Of a stretch of DNA of 64,000 nt, positions 25,960 through 39,829 are shown piece by piece. Within the stretch, counting starts at the first letter, position 1; each line of letters opens with the position of its first letter. The notes beneath the pieces are model-generated. The model saw only the letters and a list, made by a program, of their open reading frames with translations. It was not told the DNA's origin and did no database searches. The DNA comes from Epiperipatus broadwayi (Eukaryota > Animalia > Onychophora), in assembly GCA_028023455.1 (NCBI GenBank), contig JAQFVV010000006.1:17360001-17424000 (forward strand), read 5' to 3'. The translations under genes and the position numbers were made by a program.

Positions 25960-27345
25960 CTATACTTCTACTTTAAAGAGCAATAGAAAGAAGAGGGATA
26001 GAGATACTGGTAATAATAGGTGGCAAGGGAGTATATACTTTGTCAGGTCTTTTTTTTTTGTGGATATCTTTTTATGTGCAGAAAGAAGAGAAGATATGGA
26101 AATTATGTTGAGGACATGTGCAAGGGTGGGTAAAGAGATGGGGATCAAATCAAATATAATGATGGTTAATACTGGGGAAAGAGATGTAGAATTTTTATTG
26201 GGGGATATAAAGTTAAGTGTGGTGGATAGATATAGGTATTTGGGAATCTTCTTTTGTAATCAGGAAATTGCTTGGATGAATGGGAGAAAAAATTGGTAAA
26301 TGAAGCAAAGAAAAGAAAGGGTTTGGTAAAGAAACTAACAGTATTTCATATAATAAATATGATGTAGCTAGAATCGTATGGAAGGGAGTTGCAGTAGCAG
26401 GGTTAACATATGGTAATGATGCATTATGTGTTAGTAAAAGGGTTTTAGATTATTTAGAGAAAGTACAAAGGGAAGTAGGAAGACATGCATTAGATGCAGA
26501 GATGTGGACAGCAAAGGAGGCAATTTGGGATGTTCAAGTTTTTATATGAGAGATGCAAAAAGTAAAATGAAAATGTTTGGTAGGTTGCACTTTATGGATA
26601 GTAAAAGAATAGCCAAAATAATATTTAATTGGGTTATCAGTAAAGGACAGGTAACAAGATGAGTGAGAAAGGTAATGCAGTATGCAAAAGATTTGGATAA
26701 AGAATTTGTATCAGTATACTTGTATAAAAGGTGGGAGGATTGTGTTAGGAGGATTGTTGAGTGTTATGGTGGTAAGGAATGGGATAAAAGAGTAGAAGCA
26801 TTAGTAAAAAGTAGGGAGTTGGAGAGATGTAGAATAAATATGGAGGGTAAGAAGAGTTTAAATATATATAGAAGTAAATGGAACATTGGATAAGAGTTAA
26901 TTTATAATAATAGTAAGGAAAGTAGTTTATTGTTTAAGGCTCGAACAGGATCTTTAGCAACAAGAGAATATACATGTAAATAGAAAACTATGGGTGATTT
27001 AGCGTGCAAATTGTGTAAGGAAGGTATAGAAAATATTAGGCATCTGTTGATTGAATGTAAATGCTTGGAAGGAGAAAGGGTACAGATAATGAAGTTATGG
27101 GAGAATAGATATGAACAAAGTGATTATTCAGAAAGTGCGTTATTGGTTTGTGAAAAGATAAGGGGGATTTAGATATAAAGGCCATAGAGTTGACAAAGAT
27201 TATGTTGTGGAAATGGGATGGGGCAGAATATGGGAAGACTTAGAGTGGGGAATTGGGAAATAAGGTGGCTAACAGGTTTATCTGGGCATAGTTGCTGAGA
27301 TATTCTTGACTTCGTTTAAGGAGAAGCCACAATACAGCACATCAC
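25960..27345 (+). mobile_element. (CATCA)n-tailed APE-RT-CCHC LINE, 5'-truncated copy (clade uncertain)
   Basis: FFVDIFL (decayed FADD), YRYLGI, LLFKARTGSLAT, CKLCKEGIENIRHLLIECKC; tail gagaagccacaatacagcacatcac. Confidence 0.85.
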
Positions 27346-30340
27346 TGATAGTCAAACTATAATGGAGTGCAACAGTTGCATAAATGAATGCTTAGTTAAG
27401 TATATATCAGAGTTCCAAAGAAAAGGGGTTTAAAAGAATAATGGTTATAGGGAATATAAATGGGCATATTAAACAAATCAATGATATAAGTAATAAGAGT
27501 GGACAGCTTTTGAAGGTTTGTCAGAGTGTAAATTTGAGCATTGGAAAATTATCAAATATTTATGAGGAACAATGCACCTGGTCTGAAATAATATATTCTA
27601 CATAATAGATTATGTATTAGTAGAGAAGAGTATGTAATAGTGATCATAATTTCTTTAAAATAGAAATGGTTATTAATGTGTTGGAAAATATTAATAAAAG
27701 TAGAAAAGATAGTGAAAGATGTGGATGGAGAGTGAATGATAAGAATAAGTTAGAAGAATATAAAATAAAAGTTGGAGAAACCACAGAAGAGTTGGTTGGG
27801 GATGAGTATAAGGACTGGGGTGAGGAAATAAAAAAAGTGGCAAATAGGATTTTAGGTGAGAATATTCAGAAGAATAAAAATAATAGGAAAGTAAGAATTA
27901 GTAAAAGTGTAAAAGTGAGGAGAAAAGCACGCAGAGAATATGTGCTTTTAAGAACAAAGAAAGTGAAAAAGATGTTAATGATAAATGGGAAAAGTATTTA
28001 GAAAAAAAGAAGTTGTCTAAAATAGATAAGTATATGGAGAGAATGAAATTGAATAATAAATTGTTGGAGGATATTAATAAAAGTGGAAGAAATGGAAGTA
28101 AAAATTTTTGGAAATACATTAAAAGAAGGAATGTAGGGAAGAGAGAAGTAGTATTACTAGATGATGAGGGAATAGAGTAGAGCTCTAGAAAAGAATTAGA
28201 GATAATCTTAAATAAGTATGTAATGGATATAGAAAAGATGTTAGATGTCAAGGACAGAGTGATAGCAAACATGAAAGCATTTAGTAATGGAAATATTAGG
28301 TTTACAGAAAGTGAACTGAATGAGGCATGTAAGAAATTGAAAAGTGGAAAAGCAAGAGATTTGGATGGATGAGCAGCAGAAATGGTAATGAATTTGGAGC
28401 ATAGGGCAAAATTAAAGTTATTATCATGTTGTAATAAGATGACACAGAAGAGAGATTTTCCAGGTAGTTGGAATAATACGACAGTAAGGTTACTATTTAA
28501 AGGAAAGAGTAAGGATCATAGAAAGTTAAATAATTATAGTCCAAAGCAATAATGTCAGTGCTATATAAAGTCTCATATATAGTGACGGGAATGGTTTCAA
28601 AATGGACGGAAGAAAATAATATAGTGGGTGAAATGCAAGGTGGTTTTTGATCAGATAGGAATATAAGAGATAGTTTATTTGTAGTTACCCAACTTATGGA
28701 TATGAGTAGGAATATGAGTAGAGTTATATATGGTTTTTATAGATATAGAGAGGGTGTCTGATAGAGTAAATAGAAGTAGATTTTTAGTAAGTTTAGTAAA
28801 TTTGGGAATAAATGGAGCTTTAGTGGATAATAGTAAGAAATTATATGAAAATAATTACTATACATATCAATTAGGGAATATAGAATCAGTTAAAATTAAA
28901 AATGGGGTGGGACTAAGGCAAGGATGCCCTATGTCACCTATTTTGAATTTGTTATATTTGAGAGAAATGGAGAGAGCAAAAGAAAGACTAGGAAGAGGAG
29001 TAGAGATACCATTAATAGGTGTCAAGGAAGTATGTACATTGCCGGGTCTTTTATTTGTGGATGATGTCTTTTTGGGTGCAGAAAGAAGGGAATATATGGA
29101 AGTTATGCTGAGGACATACAGCACACAGGTCTGTGAAGAACTGGGGATTAAATTTAGTGAAGAAAAATCAAAAGTCATGATGATTAATGCTGAGAAAGAA
29201 TTTTTATTGGGGGATATAAAATTAAATGTGGTGAATAGATATAACTATTTGGGAATCATCTTAAGTAATCAAAGAAATTGCTTGGATCAATGGGAGAAAA
29301 AATTGATAAATGAAGGAAAGAAAAGAAAGTGATTGGTAAAGAAATTAACAGTGTTCTCATATAGTAACTATGATGTAGCTAGAATTGTATGAAAGGGAGT
29401 GGCAGTAGCAGGGTTAGCATATGGTAATGATGTATTATGTGTTAGTGAAGGGATATTAGATTACTTAGAAAAAGTACAAAAGAGAAGTAGTAAGACATGC
29501 ATTAGATGAAGATATGTGGATGGCAAAGAAAGCAATTCAAGGAGAAATGGGATGATCAAGTTTTTATATGAGAGATGTAAAAATCAAAATGAAAATATTT
29601 GGTAGATTGCAGTTTATGAATAATAAAAGAATAGCCAAAATAGTATTTAATTGAGTTATCAATAAAGGGCAGGCAACAAGATGGTTGAAAAATGTAATGC
29701 AATATGCAGAAGATTTGGATAAAGAATTTATGTCAGTAAACTTATACAAAAAGTCGGATGGTTGTGTTAGGAGAATTGTTGAGTATTATAGTGTTAAGGA
29801 ATGAGGTAGAAGAATAGATGCATTAATAAAGAATAAGGAAATGGAGAACTGGTATGGAGAGTAAAAAGAGTTTAAATATATAGAGAAGTAAACCGAATAT
29901 TGGGTGTGAGTCAATCTATGATAATAGCGAGTAAAGTAGTTTACTGTTTAAAGCTCGAACAGGATCTTTAGCAACAAAGGAATATACACATGAATGGAAA
30001 AATATGGATGATTTAGTCTGCAAGTTGTGCAAGGAAGGCATAGAAAATATTAGGCAACTGTTAATTGAATGTAAATGCCTGAAAGCAGAAAGGGTACAAA
30101 TAATGAAGTTGTGAAAGAATAAATATAAACAAAGTGATTATACAGAAAGTGGGTTATTGGTTTTCAGTTGCTGGGTCTGGGAAAAGATAAGAGGGATTTA
30201 GATATAAAGACCATGGAGTTGACAAAGATAATGTTGTGGAAATGGAAAGGAAAGTTAAAGTGGCTAACAGGTTTCTCTGGGCATAGTTGCTCAGAGATTC
30301 CCGATTCTGTATAAGGAGAAGTCACAGTGCATCATGTCAC
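27346..30340 (+). mobile_element. (CATCA)n-tailed APE-RT-CCHC LINE, about 3 kb degraded copy abutting the previous copy
   Basis: VIGNINGHI, IDYVL and DHN (APE); KSGKA, GLRQGCPMSP, LLFVDDV and YNYLG (RT; ORF 28730..29332); CKLCKEGIENIRQLLIECKC; same 3' tail; 5' boundary approximate. Confidence 0.88.
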
Positions 30341-32352
30341 TCCTATGGCTATATAGTGCTACTTTGTCAGTTTTGAGTTCATTTGAAATACTACAAATGA
30401 ACTGACAAAAGCCCAAATATCACTGATTGTCTGATTCTACACTCTCAGGCTTTTTGAGAGCATCGTTGAGAGTATTTGGAAACTTACTCTTATTGTTGTA
30501 CATAATGAATAATAATAAAAAAAATTCTCATAGATTATTTAAATATATACAATTATTTTTACAAAATCTGTTTATAGTAATAATTAAAAATGAAAAATTT
30601 TCATGATTACACTTAGATTTTTTTTTGACAATATGTTTTATTTTTAAAAGTACAGGTTAAGAAATTTATAGTAATGATAAAAAGGAAATTATGATCTGTA
30701 TTGCTATGTTAAACATCATAATATGGAACTTTTCTGATATTTTAATAAATATAACTGCCATATTAAATTTTAGAATAGAATTTTATAACTTTATAATGAC
30801 AATAATTTGTTCAGGTTTTAGAAATGTCCGACCAACAAAGATTTTGTTTTTGTTTTTTTATCAGCTTTGCTGTAATTATTCAATAAGAAAAAAACTTATT
30901 GTTCTCATTAGATATTTTACTTTTTTTTTCTTTATTTGCAAAGTTTAAGTATGATTTTTTTTAGGATGTTTTTCATTGGTAAATTTATAGTTCTAATAAA
31001 TTTAAATACCATTTATTGATTCATAATATAGAATAAAGATTTTTATACTAAAATAAAATATTTAACTATTATTTAAACTTGCCAGTAAGGGTGATGCAAA
31101 CATGTTGGAATGTGGAAGGATTAAGAGTCTATGTGTGTTGTAAGAAGTGAGTACATGTATTTTTTACTTTTGATTATTATGATATAAAAATCTGTAACTC
31201 TTGCCTTGAAAATTGATCCAACTAAATCAATTGCAGATTTTAGTTTTTCATATTTTGTTGCTTTTAAAAATTTAAATAATTTGTTGCAGAATAAAAGTAT
31301 ATTTTAGCATAATTATTATTACATATAACTGAAACAATGAAAAAAACTATTAAAATGAATAAATTTATTTAAGGAAAAAAACTTACTTTTCTCCTTTAAC
31401 TAAAATAATGTTGTTTTTCCCCTACCTGATAAAATCTAAATCCTTTCTTAAAAATATGATACAATTATAAAAATAAAATCTTTATTATTAAAAATATCTT
31501 ACGAAACAATGAAAATATCCATAAAATAAAAATAAAATTTTTTTTAACAAGTAATCTTTGTGTCTTAAAAATGTAGTGATCCAAATACCACCATTTTGTG
31601 CAACTTGATTGTTGCAATTTAGAGTGTGGTGACTAGACATCTGGAAACAAAAACTAAAATATAAATTCACTTTCATTCTACCAGAAGCATTCAACATAAA
31701 ATTGCAATACAAATATCAGTATGCAGACCATTCACATGCTATCAACCCTTTGGAACAGACAGTAAGGTGATTGCAACATCTTATTCCTGCCTGAAAAGGG
31801 CTAGTAAGTAATTAAAATTAATATTACAGCATTACTGTTGCCACATAACATGTACATTTAATAATGGATGGAAAAGTAATCGGCAAATGTTTTTTATTAC
31901 TGATCTAAAAATAAGCATGTATTTAAAATGGTTTATATTATTAAAAATTACTGTTATATACAGAATTCATTTGAAAATATTTATTTAATACTTGTTCAAG
32001 AGGCGTGCATCTTATGAGTAATTTAAAATCATAGTCACTTTAACAAAATCATACAGACTTTCTTATTACATGATAAATTTGTCATAGGTATATATGTTAC
32101 TTGACAGTTTTCATATGTTTAGATTCATTTACTCTGATTTTTTCTTCCAGCTTGTTTAGTATTATATTTTGATGATATCTGGTACTGTGACTGACTTTCA
32201 ACTTACATGACGTAAAGGATATATTATAAAGATAGAAGTTAATGCTTAAGAGTAAACCTCTTTTGAAGCTGAATGGTAATGTCTGTTTTCCTATGCATTT
32301 ATAGAGAAAATGGGGTTGAGTTTATTTTCTGTTGCATGCATAGTGGACATGC

Positions 32353-32463
<111 letters not shown>

Positions 32464-32587
32464 CTTTGACTTATGTAGTTGTGTTTCTACTGAAAATTTG
32501 GAGTGCTTAATAAAGCTACTATGAATTTTTTTCTACAGATTGCTGTATAATTATAACTTAATTGTTTTTTATTTTATGTGTGTCAAA

Positions 32588-32657
32588 GCGTCGGCCGGGA
32601 AGCGAATCCCGGGATAACTGCTTGTAAGGCAGCTGTGCTAACCATTCGATAGTGGCT
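32588..32657 (-). mobile_element. tRNA-Gly(TCC)-derived SINE / tRNA pseudogene with TAC anticodon loop
   Basis: Reverse complement tggttagcacagctgc-cttacaa-gcagttatcccgggattcgcttcccggccgacgc resembles eukaryotic tRNA-Gly-TCC; 5' acceptor strand lost. Confidence 0.75.
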
Positions 32658-32769
32658 TTAAAAAAAAAAAAAATTAAATCAAATAAATTAAGTGCTAAAA
32701 AAACTTTTAATTGTTTTTCTCTCTCTTTTTTCTTTTTAATTTAAAGGGAGAGGAAACATTTTGTTTGTG

Positions 32770-32930
32770 TGTATGTGTGGGTTTTCTGGCCCAACTGATG
32801 AGTGCTGGTTTGACAAGAAGTATGTATATTGGTGGTCATTTATTTTTTTCACATGTGTGTGATCATGTGTATCGGTTGTTTGAGATGGAGGATGAATATA
32901 GACTGAAAATTCCAAGTTCAAATTCCTCTA
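32770..32930 (+). mobile_element. HHR-bearing repeat, family A copy (core damaged)
   Basis: cccaa-CTGATGA(32795-32801)-gtgctggtttgacaa-GAAG-tatgtat-A-ttggtggtca; body and 3' aagttcaaattcc match 62.55-62.68 kb. Confidence 0.75.
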
Positions 32931-33125
32931 TTATTTTATGTATAACTTTTATAATAGTATTTTTCAATTTCTATTTTATATAAATATGCAGGGGTGGTCA
33001 TTTGAAAACAATCAGTGCTAGTGATTAGCGTTCTGCATTTATTTATGATATGCCATTGAGCTTCTTAGCCATTAGTTGTTATTTTTTCTTACTTTTTTAT
33101 TTCTAATTTTTCATTTTTTGTCTTT

Positions 33126-33137
33126 CTGTTGTTGTTG

Positions 33138-33205
<68 letters not shown>
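33126..33205. repeat. (GTT)n(ATT)n compound microsatellite
   Basis: Read directly from the sequence. Confidence 0.9.
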
Positions 33206-33206
<1 letters not shown>

Positions 33207-33721
33207 TCTCATTTGTTAATAATAATAATAATGATTACAATACACTGTTAATACTAATAACTAAACCAGCATCTATATTTAAAAAATGATCAGGTTTATT
33301 TACTGTATAAGTTATGTATATATACATACATTAAGCTTTAACACACATATTACAATTTCCCTGTAGGTTTTTTTTTTTGCGTGTGTCTGCTTGAATGCAC
33401 ACGCATACATATAATAGATGTCGTAATGAGTTAAGTTTTTAAAACTGCATAATATAAATTATTTTGGTAGCATTTTTTCTTTCTGTTGTTTGAAAAATGT
33501 ATTATTACCAGCAATTTCCTCTTTATTGACATCCGCTCTACATGTTAGAATTACTTATAGTTAATGAGTATATGATATCTATTTTTCCATTAATAACAGT
33601 AATTTAAAAAAAAAAAAATAAAGATACATTTTATAATAGAATATGTAGTTAAAAAAGTACTTTTGATCGTTTTTAAATTTGAAGAGTGAAAAATATTGAA
33701 CTTTTATAATTAAACAATATT

Positions 33722-35620
33722 TCTTCGTCGTCGTCATCGTTTTAATGTTATCAATCTTTTACTTGATAAAAATCTATCATAGTTTAATCCATTCGTCTTT
33801 CCATGGCTTGTCTTCTTATTGTTCCAGCAAATTTATTTATCCCATCCATTTCATATGTCTTAAATATTTGTGTATTAACACATTTGATTCCCTCTATTCA
33901 CTGCTCTGATATGTATGTATACCAACATGATAATCATTGGTTACACGATTAATCACCATTGGTTGACCTTCTTGCGACTTTTACCTTTATGAATGAGGAT
34001 TCAAAATAGGAGTAAATGAATCAAAGATTGGTTGCCCAATTAATTGCATAAGTTCCAGCTTTGAATCCTAAATTCTCATTGATAATAGCAAAACCTAGAA
34101 ATAGTCTGGAACGTGTGGGTTAATAAAATGCTCTATCATCTGGAAACTTGGATTACTCAAGCTTGTTCCTTTATCATTATTAATTATTCATCCAAATATT
34201 TGGTGTATTATTATCATTTAGAAACTTGATATATATATATAGTTATGTCAACAATTTATATTTCTCCTGCTTTATTTAGAATATTCACAATGATTCCATT
34301 ATTTACTGGAAGCTTTATTCTTCATAGACTTTAATTTTTCATCTTCTCATTTTTGATTTTTTTCTAACAATATCAGTATTGTATAAGCTAGATTTGTTTT
34401 CTGTTATTTAGTATTATGTATAGAATATTTCATTCGTTTTTAATATCAATATGATCTTATTTTCATTACTGGAATAAATTTTCTTTGGAGTAATTAAGTG
34501 TCATTGGTGAATCTTTTCAAATATTGTAATTATTATAAAGCAAATATCAGATTTTAAAGTAGAATTTGACAAATGTATAATAAATCTATCTTTGTTAGTT
34601 CACATTAAAAATAATAATAAATGTTTTTTTTTTTGTTTTTTTTTGAGAGTCTTGTCATTTGATAAGTTGTTTTTTTAAATTTCATTTGTAGCTTTTTTAT
34701 TTTTCATACCGTTTATAAAATCTTGGATATTAAGTTCTTTTAACTAGATCTCTTTTAATTATTTTTATATTCCTTTTTTTTTTTTTCTGTTTATATTGCC
34801 TTGTCTTAGGACAATTTTACTGGAATTACTTTTTTTTTTCCTGTTGTTTGTACATATGTTATCTTGTTTTTAGCCTCATTCAAGCTTGAGCAATCTTCAA
34901 ATTCTATTAATATCCTAAAATTAATATTTGCAGGTTAGATGAGACTGTCTTTTTGACTTTCAGACTTTGTATCAACTTGTTTTTTACATTTTATTAATCA
35001 GTGATCACTTCTGTATTGAATTTTATTACTCTTCCAATTTATTTTCTTTGTTATCAACATGTAAAAAATATATCACTGCTCTGTTATCATTTGGATGCCT
35101 CCATTTTTAGGTGAATTTCTTTTTCTATAAGTCTGCATTCTTTTATTTTTGTCTTTATCCATATTTTTCCAAAGCATTTTTATTACGTAATTATTTTTGA
35201 ATTCTAGCATTAAAGCTTTGTGATAATTTTAAAATGATACCCAATTGGATCAAAAAAATTCTGTGCTTCTACATTAAAAACTCCTCTATTTCTTTATAAA
35301 ATTGAGAATTATTGGGCATAAACTTGAGTTATTTGTTATCATCTTCCATTTCATTGAGTCTATTTCAAATGTCACCAATTTTTAGCATGTTGTTCTTTTG
35401 GCTCTTATTTGTGATCAATATAACTACATATACGATTTGTGATCAATATAACTACATATACTTATTCAATAATTCTTCCACTTTTACCATTTTTAGCCTT
35501 AATGTCTTGGAATGCAATATTCACTTACTATTTATGAATTGCGCTTCATCTTTTCTTTTAACTTCATAAAGTCTAACAATATCCTATTTGATATTTCCAG
35601 CTTATTTGTACATTTATTTT
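33722..35620 (-). mobile_element. Degraded RTE-BovB-like LINE with internal deletion
   Basis: Minus strand reads TQVYA, FNARI, WRHPN, SDH and a KAPGNDGI-like segment (34250-34310); tail cgtcgtcgtcatcg at 33725; 28-bp tandem duplication at 35407-35461. Confidence 0.7.
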
Positions 35621-36429
35621 TTTATTTCAAAGTAATCTTGTCTGTAGCCAGCCATACAGAAGATCTTAGAATGGAAGTCTAGACCTTCAATACATTGGCT
35701 TTTATAACTGTGTTCATTCATTCACCACATTGCTATGGGCTGACATTTTCATAAGGTATAAGTTTTGAAATGTAAATATAAAAATGGGAGTGAGTATTAA
35801 CTCATGCAAAGACACACTGCCTTCAAAAAAACAAACAAACAGTGTATCAGTTAAAACTGTTCTCTGAGAAGAAAATACCATCATTTTTAAGACACGTGAC
35901 CAAGAGAATAAAAACCGAAGTCAAGCTAAGTTATGAAAATGTTTAATAAAAATATAATAAATGGTGCAGTGGATCCATATTACTCAATTTAGAAGAGTAA
36001 CTGATCTAATCAAGAGTATGATGATAATCGTGCTAGGAACAAATCAAGTTGCATAATATTAAAACAGTGATAATAATAATCCTATCCCATTTTTATTGGC
36101 AGCCAAATGGTGTGTGTATTTATGCTTATGGACATTAGAGCATAATTTAGGGTCTTTCATATTTATGATTATATTAATTTGTTTGTTTTTTTAAAGCTAT
36201 ATGTGTAAATTTCTACAATTTGTTTTTAAATACTCATAACATCCTTACTACAGGGAAGTTAGATTCCTTTACAATCTCTAGCAATGGCACAGCACACTGA
36301 TTAACTTCCAATATTAAAGAGGATAGGTGTTCTTAAAGTTATCACAACATACACCTTTTTAAAAACATCATGTTTGTAAAATAATGGAATAATGATCCCT
36401 AATTCTTAAATATCATTTAAATATTATTT

Positions 36430-39089
36430 AGGTACTTATAACTGCAGATCACTTTCTAGTGAAGGAAGATTGCAAGAATTAGAACAAGAGCTGTTTTACA
36501 TTAAATGGGATATTATTGGACTTTGAGAAGTTAGAAGAAAAGGTGAAGAGACAATTGATTTAAAAAATGGACATGCACTCTACTATTAATGCACAAATAT
36601 TGGAAATACAAGTGGAGTAGGATTCATTATAAATAAAAAAGTGGAAGAACAACATTGTGGAGATTGGTGGTGTATCTGATAGAGTTGTAAGATTAGTTTA
36701 CAACTTAATAGCAGATACCAAATTCAAATAATTCAGGTTTATGCCCCAACAAATTCTCATAGTGATGAGGTAGTAGAAGATTTTTATATGGATGTACAAA
36801 AGGTTTTTGATCTGGATAAACAACATTTTAAAATTGTTATGGGAGACTTTAATGCTAAAATTGGTAAACAAATGAAAGATGAAAGTGCTGTAAGTAATTG
36901 TGGTTATGGTAATAGAAATGAGAGAGGACATAGACTTGTGGAGTTTGTAGAAAAAGAAAGACATATTATGAATTCATTTTTTGAGAAAAATGTTAAATAG
37001 AAATGGAAGCATCCAAATGAAGGTATTGCAGAATTGGATTATATTTTGACTAACAGGAAATACATATTTCAAGATTGTAATGTTCTTAATAAATTTAACC
37101 CAGAGAGTGATCATCGATTAGTAAGGTGTAAGATACGTGTTAATGTAAAACTAGAGAGACAAAAAATATAAAGAAAAACTATATTTACAGTTGATATTTC
37201 TAATGTTCAGAAACATTCTAATGAATTTAGATTAGAACTTACAAATCGGTTTCAAGTATTACTAGATTTTGAACATGACCCATATTTGAATGAAATTAAT
37301 ATAAAAATAATTGTTACATTTTTAAAAACTACAACAAAGATAGCTGGTAGAAAAAAGGAGCAATTGACCAATAAAATTTCTACTGAGACTAGAGAATTTT
37401 ATGAAGAAAAGAAGGAATATGAAAATATATACAAAAATGATGCATAATGCTGAAAAGTGTTGAAAATGATATAAGAAAGTATAACTGTGAACTAGGATGG
37501 AAAGCTGTAGCAAAGAATAAAAGTCTGAAGAGTGTAAAACAACATTTTGGTATTGGTAGGAAATTTATATCTGCAATAAGAAAAAAGTTGGAATTATTAC
37601 TAAAATGAGAGATGACATCATGAAATGGATAGAAGACTATAGTAATAAAGAAGAAGTACCTCCTATATCTATTATATCTTCCGAATTGCCCAGAATTTTA
37701 AATGAAGAAGTGAGACATGCAATTAAATTTATGAAGAAAGGAAAGGCTCCAGGTAATGATGGAATTATAATTGATATATTAAAAGAAGCAGGTGAAGAAA
37801 TAGAATTTTTTTTTAGCAAACTTATGTACTAAATGTCTAAATGATAAAGTTGTACCAGATGATTGGAAGAATGCAGTATTAATATTTAAAAATAATGATA
37901 AAGAAGATATTAGAAATTACAGACCTATCAGCCTTTTATCAGTTTTATACAAAATTTTACCAAGATAATTACAACTTGTCTACAGAGAACATTCGATTTC
38001 CACCAACCAAGAGAACAAGCTTTAAATGTGGGTTTAATACAGTAGATCATGTCCAGGTATTGAGAGAAATTATAGAAAGGACAAATGAATATAAGTTGCC
38101 ATTATGCTTTGGATTTGTGGATTATGAAAAGGCATTTGATTTTATAAACATTTCTTCAGTAATTAAAGCATTGGATCATCAAGGTATAGATCCAGGATAT
38201 TGTCATATTTTAAAGAATATTTATAAAAATGCAACAGCAACAATGAGATTACATAATGATACTAGGAAAGTCAACATTGAGATGGGTGTAAGTGTACAGG
38301 GTGCTCCAAAACCTTTTATAGCAGTGGTGCAAGAAGTATTTTGTGGATTAAAATGGGAAGCTAAAGGAGTGAAAGTAAATAGAGATTTATTTAAGTCATT
38401 TAGATTTTGCAGATGATGTAGTTGTTTCTGCAAATAATGCTTTAGAACTGCAGGAAATGTTGCAGTGGTTATCAGATGAAAGTAAAAAAGTAGGATTAAA
38501 GATTTATGTTAAAAAGACTACATAATGTTTAATAGATTTTCTCAAAATATGAAATTAATTATAGAATTAAACTTTGTTGGAGTGCTTTTGGTAGAAATAA
38601 CTTGATACTAAAAGGAAATATGCCTATGTGTTTGAAAAGGAATGTTTTTAATAAATGTGTTTTACCAGTTCTTACTTATGGATCAGAGACTTGAACATTT
38701 AATAGAAGAGTAATACAGAGACTTGAGACCACTTAAGAAGTATGGAGAGATGCATGTTGGGAGTAACAAGAAGAGATTGAAAATGCAATATATGGGCAAG
38801 AGAACAAACAGGTGTTACTGATCTCATTTGAAGAAATCAAAAGACTGAAAGTGGATTTGGACTGAACATTTTGCAAGAAGAGATGATAATAGATGAATAA
38901 TTGAAATTTTAAACTGGATTACAAGAGATTATAAACGACTCAGAATGTGTCCACGTGTGAGATGGATGGATGAAGTAAGAAAGTGTGCAGGGGTATGTGG
39001 AGAAGAGAGGCTAAAGATCGGAGAAGATGGATTGAACTTGGAGATATCTTCATCCTGCAGTGGATTGTTTATGGTTGATGATGATGATG
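36430..39089 (+). mobile_element. Near full-length but degraded RTE-BovB-like LINE (APE + RT) with (GAT)n tail
   Basis: GTYNCRSL, IQVYAPT, MGDFNAKIG, SDHRLV, GKAPGNDG, YRPISLLS, FVDYEKAFD, RFxDDVV, VLPVLTYGSET, PRVRWMDEVRK; many stops and frameshifts. Confidence 0.92.
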
Positions 39090-39184
39090 AATTTTTAAAA
39101 ACAAAAAGTAATTTTGAGATATCTTCCTCCTGCAGTGGATTGTTTATGGTTGATGATGATGATGAATTTTTAAAAACAATAAAA
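39041..39184 (+). repeat. 75-bp tandem duplication spanning the RTE 3' junction
   Basis: gagatatcttc...gatgatgatgaatttttaaaaacaa starts at 39041 and again at 39116. Confidence 0.9.
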
Positions 39185-39829
39185 AAATAATTTTGTTTTG
39201 GTTACATAATTTAAGTTGAGCACAGGCACACACAAAAATATTAAGTATTTTTACCTGAATCAATTAAAAATCAAATTCTAGAATTAGTTTCAAATAACAA
39301 CTTTATCACACCTTAAGAAGATAAATATGGAAATCATTTTACATCTTTCTTGTTATAGGTTACATGCTTATAAATGGGCAGCGGCTCTACAATGAAAATA
39401 AATAAGAAAAAACAAGGTCATCTGCCTGACTCATCTATAAAGGATTACATTGAATTAAGCTACTTAAGCAACATTTGTGTCAACAAGTTGTCCACTCAAT
39501 ACAATGTTTTAACAATAAATAACAACAAAAAGAAAAAAAAAAAACAGAAATACAGTGGCTATCTAGGCGCTTTCAGGTAAAAGTTTTCCACACATCAAAG
39601 CGAGGTTTCGCTTTAGTCCTCTTTTCGCCATCTGCTTATTAATCTTATTATATACTGCTTAATTTAGCTTGTGACAATTTACTAGAGAATCTATGAAATT
39701 CTGATTTGATGTCACAATTTATACTTACCATACATTAGTGTAACCACTTTTAGACTCTGCATAGGGGTCCTTCTAACCAATTAAACAGTCTTGCTATAAC
39801 AGTCCAATAAACGCCTATGGATCTTTGAT

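Noticed and set aside
34200-34800. Apparent Penelope RT motifs (DKGN-like, KIH-like)
   Set aside because: The region aligns collinearly with the RTE element at 36.4-39.1 kb
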